Source of the DNA: Bacteroidota bacterium
Lineage (GTDB): Bacteria; Bacteroidota; Bacteroidia; UBA7662
Direction: 5' to 3'
DNA: 60,300 nt
NCBI GenBank assembly: GCA_005799065.1
Contig: SYHW01000069.1
Coordinates: forward strand, 1-60,300
In this document: positions 52,983 through 60,300 of the stretch, in pieces
Layout: each line of letters opens with the position of its first letter
How positions within the stretch are numbered: position 1 is the stretch's first letter
Notes under the pieces: generated by a model
What the model saw: the letters and a program-made list of their open reading frames with translations, nothing else
Databases searched by the model: none
What the model was told of the DNA's origin: nothing
Position numbers and translations under genes: made by a program

Positions 52983-54104
52983 ATGAATAAAGTTACGTTG
53001 AAGGTCGATCAGATCATTCCCCAAGGAACTGATGCGGTAGAATTGGTCTTTTTGGATGAACAAAATCGAATACAGAGTTTTTGGCCCGGACAATTCATCA
53101 CTTTGCTGCTGAATATCGAAGGGAAATCAGTACGCCGTTCGTACTCAATTTGCTCTGTACCTGAGGATTTGCCTCGAATAGCCGTGTGTGTGAAGAAAGT
53201 TGAAGGCGGGCTGGCTTCCCATTTTCTGAATGACCGGCTTCATGAAGGCGATCGTTTGGAGGTATTGGAGCCTTACGGGAATTTTTCCCTCAACTACAAA
53301 AGTGCAGGCCTCTCCGATTTGGTGCTGGTAGGTGCTGGAAGTGGCATAACGCCCCTGCTCTCCATGTTGAAATCAGCACTCGCACATGCCCAAAACCGTG
53401 TCTGCCTCATCTATGGCAGCAGAAGCTATCGGGATATCCTTTTCATCAACGAAATCAATTCGCTTTGTGCATCTTACCCCGGTAGGCTCCGTGTTGAGCA
53501 TTTTCTCAGCCGTGAGCCCAATGACGGTTGTAGAACTGGAAGGATTGCGACAGATAGCATCATGCAGACCATAGAATCTTGGTCTGATTTGAATATTCAG
53601 GAAGCGAATTTCTATTTGTGCGGGCCCAAGGGCATGATGGATGAAGTGGAAGCCGGACTAAAATCGCATCAAATCGACCCGAATCGGGTGCACAGAGAAA
53701 GTTTCGTGCTGACCGTTTCCGAACAAAAGGCAGAAAATGATGCATCCACAAGTGCTCAGTCGACGGCAACATCGGTTCAGTCAGCGGCAACATCGGTTCA
53801 GTCAGCGACAACATCGGTTCAGTCATCCCATACCGTGCAGATCATACTCGAAGGACGAACGCACGCGCTTGATGTGGCGGCAGGTAGGCATATTCTAGAA
53901 ACCGCTTTAGATGCCGGGCTCGATTTGCCTTACGCCTGCACCATGGGGGTATGCGGCATGTGCCGTGCCTTTAAAGTATCTGGCGACATGCAAATTGGTG
54001 AACAAGAAGCATTATCCCGTTCTGAAATTGAACAGGGCTACTGCCTAACTTGTGTGGGTAAGCCATTGAGTGATCAATTGGTGATCGACTACGATAGACG
54101 GTAA
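52983..54104 (+). CDS. Ferredoxin-NAD(P) reductase with a C-terminal 2Fe-2S domain (PaaE/PaaK-like)
   Basis: The FAD site is RRSYSICS, the NAD site is GAGSGITP and the plant-type 2Fe-2S cluster region is CTMGVCGMCRAF...CLTC. A repeat linker separates the reductase and ferredoxin domains. Confidence 0.85.
   Translation: MNKVTLKVDQIIPQGTDAVELVFLDEQNRIQSFWPGQFITLLLNIEGKSVRRSYSICSVPEDLPRIAVCVKKVEGGLASHFLNDRLHEGDRLEVLEPYGNFSLNYKSAGLSDLVLVGAGSGITPLLSMLKSALAHAQNRVCLIYGSRSYRDILFINEINSLCASYPGRLRVEHFLSREPNDGCRTGRIATDSIMQTIESWSDLNIQEANFYLCGPKGMMDEVEAGLKSHQIDPNRVHRESFVLTVSEQKAENDASTSAQSTATSVQSAATSVQSATTSVQSSHTVQIILEGRTHALDVAAGRHILETALDAGLDLPYACTMGVCGMCRAFKVSGDMQIGEQEALSRSEIEQGYCLTCVGKPLSDQLVIDYDRR
53757..53825 (+). 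repeat. In-frame 21-bp tandem repeat x3.3 in the interdomain linker (QSTATSV / QSAATSV / QSATTSV / QS)
   Basis: The units start at 53757, 53778 and 53799, with a partial unit at 53820. Copies differ by 1-3 nt. Confidence 0.9.
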
Positions 54105-54109
54105 GAAAC

Positions 54110-54130
54110 GATCGACTGAAAGGGTCGATC
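54110..54130. terminator. Hairpin between the convergent paaE-like and nspC genes (possible bidirectional terminator)
   Basis: A perfect 7-bp stem (GATCGAC 54110-54116 paired with GTCGATC 54124-54130) has a 7-nt loop. There is no clear U-tract. Confidence 0.35.
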
Positions 54131-54146
54131 TACGGTAAGAAACCAT

Positions 54147-55283
54147 TTACAAGCGGGAACGAAAATCCTCGTAGCCAAAGCTTTTCAGTGTTTGGTATTC
54201 ACGGCCATCCCAAAAGCCAATTTCTGGTAGATTCACTCCGTTAAAAGTGGTTGTTTTCACCATGGTGTAGTGCATCATGTCCATAAATACAACAGCGTCA
54301 CCTGATTTCAATGGCCGATCGAAACTGTAGTCGCCAACAAAATCGCCAGCCAAACAAGTCAATCCACCAAAGCGGTAGGTATATCTACCCGAACTGTATG
54401 GCACTTCACCCAGAACAGTTGGACGATAAGGCATTTCAATAACATCGGGCATATGAGTCGATATACTGGAATCGAGCAAGGCAACAGGTGTTTCGCTGGT
54501 GTTGATGATGTCCAAAACGCGCGTTAGAAGATACCCAGTGTCCCAGACCAAGGCAGAACCCGGTTCGATCAGCAGCGACAAATGGGGATGTCGGCTTCGA
54601 AAATCGGCAATGACCGACCGAAACGCATCCAAATCATAGCCAATGCGCGTTACGAGGTGACCACCACCCAGGTTGAGTTCATCAACCTGATCCAACCAGG
54701 GGCCAAATCGTTCCTCAATGGCCTCCAACGTACCCCGCAAACCCTCGGCATCGCTTTCGCAGAGGTTATGGCAATGAAGAAATCGTACCGAATCGGGTAA
54801 ACGAACAGGCAATTCGACCGACCGAACGCCAAGTCGAGAACCCGGTGCACATGGGTTATAAAGCGACACCCCAACGGGTGAATACTCCGGATTGATGCGT
54901 AGGCCCGCCTGCGCCTCCCGATTAACACGAAACAAAACGGGGGCAAATCGTTCGTATTGAGCGAGGCTGTTGAAGGAAACATGCGTTACACGACCCGCTA
55001 TTTCTTCAAATTCACTCGGTCGAAACGCTGGGGCGAAAATGTGCGTTTCGCCACCAAACTCCTCTTGACCCAAACGAGCCTCGTGCAGTGAACTTGCGGT
55101 AGAGCCATTGAGGAAGGGACGCATTTCATCAAAAACATGGTACATCGAGAAACCCTTCAATGCCAGCAATACACGAATACCTGTTTCATTGCGCAGCCGG
55201 TCAACGAGCAGCATGTTGCGCCTCAGCAGGGGCTTATCGAGAATAAAAGCAGGTGAGGGAAGACGATCCCAAGGTAAACTCAT
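54147..55283 (-). CDS. nspC: Carboxynorspermidine/carboxyspermidine decarboxylase
   Basis: 378 aa. The N-terminal LPSPAFILDKPLLRRNM and the overall Orn/DAP/Arg-decarboxylase-like fold fit the family. A 4-nt overlap links it to the carboxynorspermidine synthase gene. Confidence 0.88.
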   Translation of the reverse strand: MSLPWDRLPSPAFILDKPLLRRNMLLVDRLRNETGIRVLLALKGFSMYHVFDEMRPFLNGSTASSLHEARLGQEEFGGETHIFAPAFRPSEFEEIAGRVTHVSFNSLAQYERFAPVLFRVNREAQAGLRINPEYSPVGVSLYNPCAPGSRLGVRSVELPVRLPDSVRFLHCHNLCESDAEGLRGTLEAIEERFGPWLDQVDELNLGGGHLVTRIGYDLDAFRSVIADFRSRHPHLSLLIEPGSALVWDTGYLLTRVLDIINTSETPVALLDSSISTHMPDVIEMPYRPTVLGEVPYSSGRYTYRFGGLTCLAGDFVGDYSFDRPLKSGDAVVFMDMMHYTMVKTTTFNGVNLPEIGFWDGREYQTLKSFGYEDFRSRL

Positions 55284-56491
55284 CGGTAATCGTCGAACGC
55301 CAAGGGGCCATCGACCTGTTCATGCCAAGGCAATCCAAATCGAGGGAGTTCAGCCATAAATGGATCCGGGTCAAACTCCTCCACGTTAAATACCCCCTGC
55401 CCTTTCCAGGTTTTGGTCATCATCATCATGGCCCCGATCATGGCGGGGACGCCTGTTGTATACGACACCGCTTGTGCACCAATCTCACGATACACTTCCG
55501 CGTGGTCGCAATTGTTCCAAACATAATAATTCCGCGGCTTGCCGTCGCGCACACCGCGAATCTGACAGCCGATCGAAGTCTGTCCGGTATAGCCCTCACC
55601 TAGCGAGGAAGGCTCGGGCAAGACAGCCTTCAAAAACTCCAGTGGAACGATATCCATACCCTGGAAGCGTATAGGTTGAATGCCTGTCATACCCACATTT
55701 TCCAAGACCCTCAGGTGGGTGATGTATTGTTCGCTAAAAGTCATCCAAAAACGGGCTCTTCTTAGGCTGGGGATGTTGCGCACCAATGATTCCAGTTCCT
55801 CGTGATAGAGGAGATACGAAGGTTTCGGGCCAATCTCAGGATATGAAATGTCTTTTCTTATACTCAACGGGTCAACCTCGATCCATTTACCATCTTCCCA
55901 GTACTTACCCCTTTGGGTAATTTCCCTAATGTTGATCTCAGGATTGAAGTTGGTGGCAAATGCCTTTCCGTGGTTGCCCGCGTTGCAATCTACGATGTCA
56001 AGATAATGAATTTCATCAAAATGATGCTTGAGGGCATGCGCCGTAAAAATACCCGAAACCCCTGGGTCAAATCCACAGCCCAAAAGTGCCAAAAGGCCCG
56101 CTTCCCGAAAGCGATCGTGGTAGGCCCACTGCCAATGGTATTCAAATTTAGCCACATCGCGTGGCTCATAATTGGCCGTGTCGAGGTAATGGGTGTTGGT
56201 TCGCAAACAAGCCTCCATAATGGTGAGGTCTTGGTAGGGCAATGCCACATTGATCACCAGCTCGGGCTGAAATGACTCCATGAGATCAACCAACTGTTCC
56301 ACATCATCGGCGTCGACCTGTGCCGTTTCTATACGGTTGCCACCCACCTGAGCAGCAATTTTGTCGCACTTCGCACGGGTTCGGCTGGCGAGCATGATTT
56401 TCTGAAATACGGAGGGAACGGCTGCACATTTATGTGCAACAACTGCCCCTACACCTCCAGCACCAATAATCAAAACAGATCCTTCTGCCAT
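55280..56491 (-). CDS. Saccharopine-dehydrogenase-family carboxynorspermidine synthase (dehydrogenase)
   Basis: 403 aa with the Rossmann N-terminus VLIIGAGGVGAVVAHK. It is coupled to nspC. Confidence 0.85.
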   Translation of the reverse strand: MAEGSVLIIGAGGVGAVVAHKCAAVPSVFQKIMLASRTRAKCDKIAAQVGGNRIETAQVDADDVEQLVDLMESFQPELVINVALPYQDLTIMEACLRTNTHYLDTANYEPRDVAKFEYHWQWAYHDRFREAGLLALLGCGFDPGVSGIFTAHALKHHFDEIHYLDIVDCNAGNHGKAFATNFNPEINIREITQRGKYWEDGKWIEVDPLSIRKDISYPEIGPKPSYLLYHEELESLVRNIPSLRRARFWMTFSEQYITHLRVLENVGMTGIQPIRFQGMDIVPLEFLKAVLPEPSSLGEGYTGQTSIGCQIRGVRDGKPRNYYVWNNCDHAEVYREIGAQAVSYTTGVPAMIGAMMMMTKTWKGQGVFNVEEFDPDPFMAELPRFGLPWHEQVDGPLAFDDYR

Positions 56492-56528
56492 ATCCAGTTA
56501 TTTTTAAGCGTGCAAAAATACCAAAAAA

Positions 56529-57584
56529 TCAGGCCTTTCGGGCAGAAGCTGCAGCCAGAATACCCAAACGATAAAGAACACGGGCGCCGACATTGGCATC
56601 CCAATCTGTTCGTCCGACTGGCGACACCTCACAGAGGTCGAATCCGATGATCGATCGACCGCTTGCATGCAGCTCAGCCAATAAGTAATGAACCGCCCGA
56701 AATTCGAGCCCACCCGGAACAGGCGTGCCCGTGTGTGGACAATAAACAGGGTTCAGACCATCGATGTCGTAGCTCACATAAACCTTTGGCGGCAGTGCAT
56801 CGATAATTCGCTTACAGGTTTGTTTCCATGGAATCCCTTCATATTCAACGCGTTTCAGTTCATGGTCGTAGAATACAGAAATCCGAGGATCGCTTTCGGC
56901 CCGTTCCTTTTCTGAAGATGCATAGTCGCGAATACCCACCTGCACCAGCCGCTTCACCCCCGAAAGCTGCAAAGCGTTGTGCATGATGGAGGCATGGCTG
57001 TAGGTAAGCCCTTCATAAGCATCGCGCAGATCAAAGTGGGCATCGATTTGGAGAATTCCAAAACCCTCCCCCCCATAACGCTCCGAAAGTGCCATAAGAA
57101 GGCCCAAAGGCACACTATGCTCACCCCCAAGCACCCCAACAACCTTTCCTCTATCCAGCCAGCCGCGCGCTTCTTGATACACCCATTGATGAAGAAAGGC
57201 ACATTTTTCATTGATTTCCTCCCGTAAAGCCTCCATCTCTTCCGCCTTCTCCTCCGCCCTGCCTTTTTCGAGCCATTTGATGTATTTTCGGCATTTTTTG
57301 CGCCAATCGTTGGATCGCTCGCGCCAGTACGACTGGATTTCCGTGAGTGCCAGGGTGTAGGTCCACGCTTGCGGCACATAATCGTCCTCCAAATCGAGCT
57401 GAGGCGATGCTTTGAGTATAGCCTCCGGTCCATCTGCTGTGCCATCGGCATAGGAAACAGTTACGTCCCAAGGAACTGGAATGACAACTACTTCGGCATC
57501 CGCGGGATCAACCGGCAGTCCAAATAAATGTCCATTGAGCTGACCGGGCGCGTCTGGATCAAAGTAGGTCAGGTTCATGCCCAT
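56529..57584 (-). CDS. Arginase-family ureohydrolase, probable agmatinase
   Basis: The Mn-binding motifs are GGEHSV, QIDAHFDLRD and SYDIDGL. The polyamine context supports agmatinase over other ureohydrolases. Confidence 0.8.
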   Translation of the reverse strand: MGMNLTYFDPDAPGQLNGHLFGLPVDPADAEVVVIPVPWDVTVSYADGTADGPEAILKASPQLDLEDDYVPQAWTYTLALTEIQSYWRERSNDWRKKCRKYIKWLEKGRAEEKAEEMEALREEINEKCAFLHQWVYQEARGWLDRGKVVGVLGGEHSVPLGLLMALSERYGGEGFGILQIDAHFDLRDAYEGLTYSHASIMHNALQLSGVKRLVQVGIRDYASSEKERAESDPRISVFYDHELKRVEYEGIPWKQTCKRIIDALPPKVYVSYDIDGLNPVYCPHTGTPVPGGLEFRAVHYLLAELHASGRSIIGFDLCEVSPVGRTDWDANVGARVLYRLGILAAASARKA

Positions 57585-58681
57585 TATACATTAAACCGAA
57601 ACAACATGATATCACCGTCCTGTACCTCATAAGTCTTACCTTCAACACCGGCCTTACCCGCGTCGCGACAGGCCGACCACGAACCTAGGGCCACAAAGTC
57701 GGCAAAATGAATAACCTCAGCACGAATGAAACCTTTCTCAAAGTCAGTATGGATGACCCCGGCAGCCTGCGGCGCTAAAGTACCCTTATTGATTGTCCAT
57801 GCCCGAACTTCTTTCTCACCCGCCGTAAAAAACGTTTGAAGATTGAGCAATCCATAAGAGGCCCTGATGAGTTGTTGCACGCCGCTCTGGGTAAGACCCA
57901 AGTCCTCCAAAAATAGTTCACGGTCAGCGGGGTCCTCTAACTCGGCTATTTCCGCCTCTGCAGCCGCACTGATCACCAGCACCGATGCACCCTCTTGCTC
58001 CGCCAGAGCACGCACCGATGCCACATGCCGGTTTTCGCTCCTGATTTCCGTTGCCTGAACGTTGCAAACATAGAGCACGGGCTTGGCTGTAAGCAGAAAA
58101 AGATCACGTACGGCATCCTGGTAGTGGGGCTCATTGGGCATAGTTCGTGCCGACATCCCTCTCTCTAAATGCCGCTTATATTCCATGAGGATCTCGTATG
58201 TTGCTTTAGCCGCTTTGTCACCCGCATGGGCAGCGCGTTCCATCTTCTGAATTTTTTTATCGACCGATTCCAAATCCTTGATTTGAAGTTCCAAATCGAT
58301 AATTTCCTTGTCGCCTAGTGGATCAACACGGCCATGTACGTGTACCACATTATCATCATCGAAACAACGCAGCACATGAATGATGGCATCAGTTTCCCGG
58401 ATATTGCCCAAAAACTTATTGCCGAGTCCTTCGCCTTTACTGGCACCCTGTACCAAACCAGCAATATCCACGATTTCAATGGTGCTGGGCACCACTTTCT
58501 CGGGATTCACCAGCCGAGCCAATTCAGTGAGGCGTTCATCCGGCACAGTAATGACCCCCAAGTTTGGTTCTATGGTGCAAAAAGGAAAATTAGCGGCCTG
58601 AGCCCGAGCATTGGATAAGCAATTAAACAAGGTCGACTTACCTACATTGGGCAAACCCACAATCCCACACTGTAATCCCAT
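57584..58681 (-). CDS. ychF: Redox-regulated ribosome-binding ATPase YchF
   Basis: The motifs are GIVGLPNVGKSTLFN and DIAGLV, with a C-terminal TGS-like domain. Confidence 0.97.
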   Translation of the reverse strand: MGLQCGIVGLPNVGKSTLFNCLSNARAQAANFPFCTIEPNLGVITVPDERLTELARLVNPEKVVPSTIEIVDIAGLVQGASKGEGLGNKFLGNIRETDAIIHVLRCFDDDNVVHVHGRVDPLGDKEIIDLELQIKDLESVDKKIQKMERAAHAGDKAAKATYEILMEYKRHLERGMSARTMPNEPHYQDAVRDLFLLTAKPVLYVCNVQATEIRSENRHVASVRALAEQEGASVLVISAAAEAEIAELEDPADRELFLEDLGLTQSGVQQLIRASYGLLNLQTFFTAGEKEVRAWTINKGTLAPQAAGVIHTDFEKGFIRAEVIHFADFVALGSWSACRDAGKAGVEGKTYEVQDGDIMLFRFNV

Positions 58682-58733
58682 TTTTATTTAATGTTTTTTT
58701 GTTATAAATAGATAAGGTGTCAATAAACTATGC

Positions 58734-59276
58734 TCAATCGTCGTCATACATTCTTCGAGTGATGGGGATGTTGATCCGCCCGAACAAGTAATAAGTGCCG
58801 GAACGGTAATATGGAAGCCACTCGGCACCGGTTTCAAAATTCAGATAGGAACGGCCTTTTGCCGTTGGGAGGGTTGCCCCAGCGGCGAGCGACAAAGAAC
58901 CGCGCTTTTCGGTGAGGGACTGGGCAAGGATCCGAACAAATCCTGCTGATGGATGCAGGTAAACGAAGCGATAGACGTATGTTTTTAGTCCAAAATTCCA
59001 AATCTGGGTTGCATTTTCGAATTGATATCCATTGAAGCGGAATGCTGCGGAAGCTGAAATTTTGGATGAGACATAAAGGTCAGCCGCCAATGTAACACCA
59101 CCGCCCCTACTGCCCAACCTGCCCGTATAATTGGCTGTTCCCGCATTCACGCCAACACAAAGGAAATCACCTTTGGGCGCTTGAGCCATAATCAAAGTTG
59201 GGCTTATGAAATAAGCCAAAACGAACAAACAAATGCATCGAAAAGTAGATGGGTATCTAGCCAATGATTTCCACAT
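58734..59276 (-). CDS. Hypothetical secreted protein, possibly a small outer-membrane beta-barrel
   Basis: 180 aa with a signal peptide (LAYFISPTLIMAQA). The sequence alternates hydrophobic residues and is rich in Gly, Tyr and Phe. Confidence 0.5.
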   Translation of the reverse strand: MWKSLARYPSTFRCICLFVLAYFISPTLIMAQAPKGDFLCVGVNAGTANYTGRLGSRGGGVTLAADLYVSSKISASAAFRFNGYQFENATQIWNFGLKTYVYRFVYLHPSAGFVRILAQSLTEKRGSLSLAAGATLPTAKGRSYLNFETGAEWLPYYRSGTYYLFGRINIPITRRMYDDD

Positions 59277-59283
59277 ATCTGCG

Positions 59284-59291
59284 CAAAAATA
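59284..59291 (-). promoter_or_regulatory. Putative -7 box TATTTTTG for the 58734-59276 gene
   Basis: The plus strand reads GCGCAAAAATAGC, 8 nt upstream of the start at 59276. Confidence 0.35.
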
Positions 59292-59364
59292 GCAGATGGT
59301 TCTATTATTTAATTTTTTTTCAGTTCTTGCATCCCCTATTCATAAGCCCAATCAAACCAATCCA

Positions 59365-60300
59365 ATGAGCAGAATACATGTTGCGAATCCGGTCGCCGAA
59401 CTCGACGGCGACGAAATGACCCGAATCATCTGGCAGTATATTCGAGAACAATTGATTTTGCCCTATGTTGATGTAGAACTCTTGTATTTTGATCTGGGCA
59501 TAGCGCATCGAGATGCCACAGGCGATCAGGTGACCATTGATGCCGCCCATGCCATACTCGATTGTCGGGTGGGTATTAAATGCGCTACCATTACCCCTGA
59601 TGAGGCTCGGGTTAAGGAATTTGGACTCAAACAGATGTGGAAATCGCCCAATGGCACCATACGAAACATCCTCGATGGCACCGTGTTCCGCGAACCCATT
59701 GTGGTTTCCAACATTCCGCGACTCATTCCCAACTGGACAGCGCCGATCTGTATTGGTCGACACGCTTTTGGCGACCAGTACAGGGCTACAGATGTACTCA
59801 TTTCAGGTAAAGGTAAACTCACCATGCGTTTTGAGCCTGCAGATGGTGGAGAAGCACGCGAATGGGAGGTTTTCCAGTTTAAGGGTGATGGCGTCGCTTT
59901 GTCGATGTACAATACGGATGAGTCTATTCGGGGATTCGCCCGCGCCAGTTTCAATCAAGCCCTGCTAAAGAAATGGCCATTGTTTCTATCGACCAAAAAC
60001 ACCATTTTGAAAAAATATGATGGTCGGTTTAAAGACATTTTTGAGGAAATTTATCAGGCCGAATTCAAATCTGCATTTGAGGCCGCCGGCATCTACTACG
60101 AACATCGTCTCATTGATGACATGGTAGCTTCGGCCCTAAAAATGAATGGCAACTTTGTTTGGGCTTGTAAAAATTATGATGGCGATGTTCAGTCGGATAC
60201 GGTAGCGCAAGGATTTGGTTCGCTCGGGCTGATGACCTCTACCCTGATTACACCGGATGGACGAGCCATGGAGGCTGAGGCCGCCCACGGTACGGTGACC
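59365..60300 (+). CDS. icd: NADP-dependent isocitrate dehydrogenase, eukaryotic-like homodimeric type (5' part; runs off the window)
   Basis: This gene is not in the ORF track because it has no stop in the window. My own translation from ATG 59365 gives [23 protein letters not shown]...KCATITPDE...SPNGTIRN...NYDGDVQSD...EAAHGTVT, open for 312 codons to position 60300. Confidence 0.93.
   Translation, partial: MSRIHVANPVAELDGDEMTRIIWQYIREQLILPYVDVELLYFDLGIAHRDATGDQVTIDAAHAILDCRVGIKCATITPDEARVKEFGLKQMWKSPNGTIRNILDGTVFREPIVVSNIPRLIPNWTAPICIGRHAFGDQYRATDVLISGKGKLTMRFEPADGGEAREWEVFQFKGDGVALSMYNTDESIRGFARASFNQALLKKWPLFLSTKNTILKKYDGRFKDIFEEIYQAEFKSAFEAAGIYYEHRLIDDMVASALKMNGNFVWACKNYDGDVQSDTVAQGFGSLGLMTSTLITPDGRAMEAEAAHGTVT

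Noticed and set aside
59320-59968. Three overlapping track ORFs (59320-59763 minus, 59526-59954 minus, 59537-59968 plus).
   Set aside because: All overlap the unmistakable isocitrate dehydrogenase frame starting at 59365. That frame is missing from the track only because it has no stop codon within the window.
1-60300. Search for a genomic island, prophage, transposon, toxin-antitoxin pair or defence system.
   Set aside because: No integrase, transposase, phage, restriction, Cas, nuclease-NTPase or abortive-infection-like ORFs were recognised. Apart from the partial tRNA at the left edge there is no island boundary signal, and the gene content is core metabolism and information processing throughout.

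Overview
This is a compact chromosomal core region that reads as Bacteroidota. The evidence is two T9SS C-terminal sorting domains, a TonB-dependent receptor with a DUF4249 partner, the nusB-DUF1573-yajC-coaE cluster, and repeated TAnnTTTG -7 promoter boxes (mostly TATTTTTG). About 55 protein genes fill nearly the whole window, often with 1-4 nt start/stop overlaps. Recognisable genes, in window order: htrA, dapF, glmM, cysteine desulfurase, a LuxC-like reductase with a ferredoxin, a double Ddl with a PASTA protein, an M16 peptidase pair, ilvE, rdgB, rnhA, folC, tonB-exbD-exbB, gyrA, an RsmF-like methyltransferase, coaE-yajC-DUF1573-nusB-leucine dehydrogenase, an ABC exporter, msrA, dapD, an RqcH-like NFACT protein, mnmA, S8 peptidase-TBDR-DUF4249, trxB, acyl-CoA carboxyltransferase, PaaN/PaaE-like, a carboxynorspermidine polyamine operon, ychF and the 5' part of icd. 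The only RNA gene is the 3' end of a tRNA at the left edge. I found no rRNA, CRISPR array, transposase, integrase, prophage or obvious defence island, so there is no clear-cut novel system here. The most unusual items are listed below.

- A single ~940-aa protein with two complete D-Ala-D-Ala-ligase modules, coupled to a PASTA protein.
- A translationally coupled operon of a small ORF, a PhnP-like MBL hydrolase and an RqcH-like NFACT protein.
- An unusual density of short in-frame tandem duplications inside conserved genes.
- A 31-bp triplication of a gene 3' end that creates two 9-codon mini-ORFs.
- Three 11-mers phased at exactly 22 bp upstream of the thioredoxin-like/dapD operon.

All functional calls rest on motifs read by eye from the ORF-track translations. 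No database search was run.
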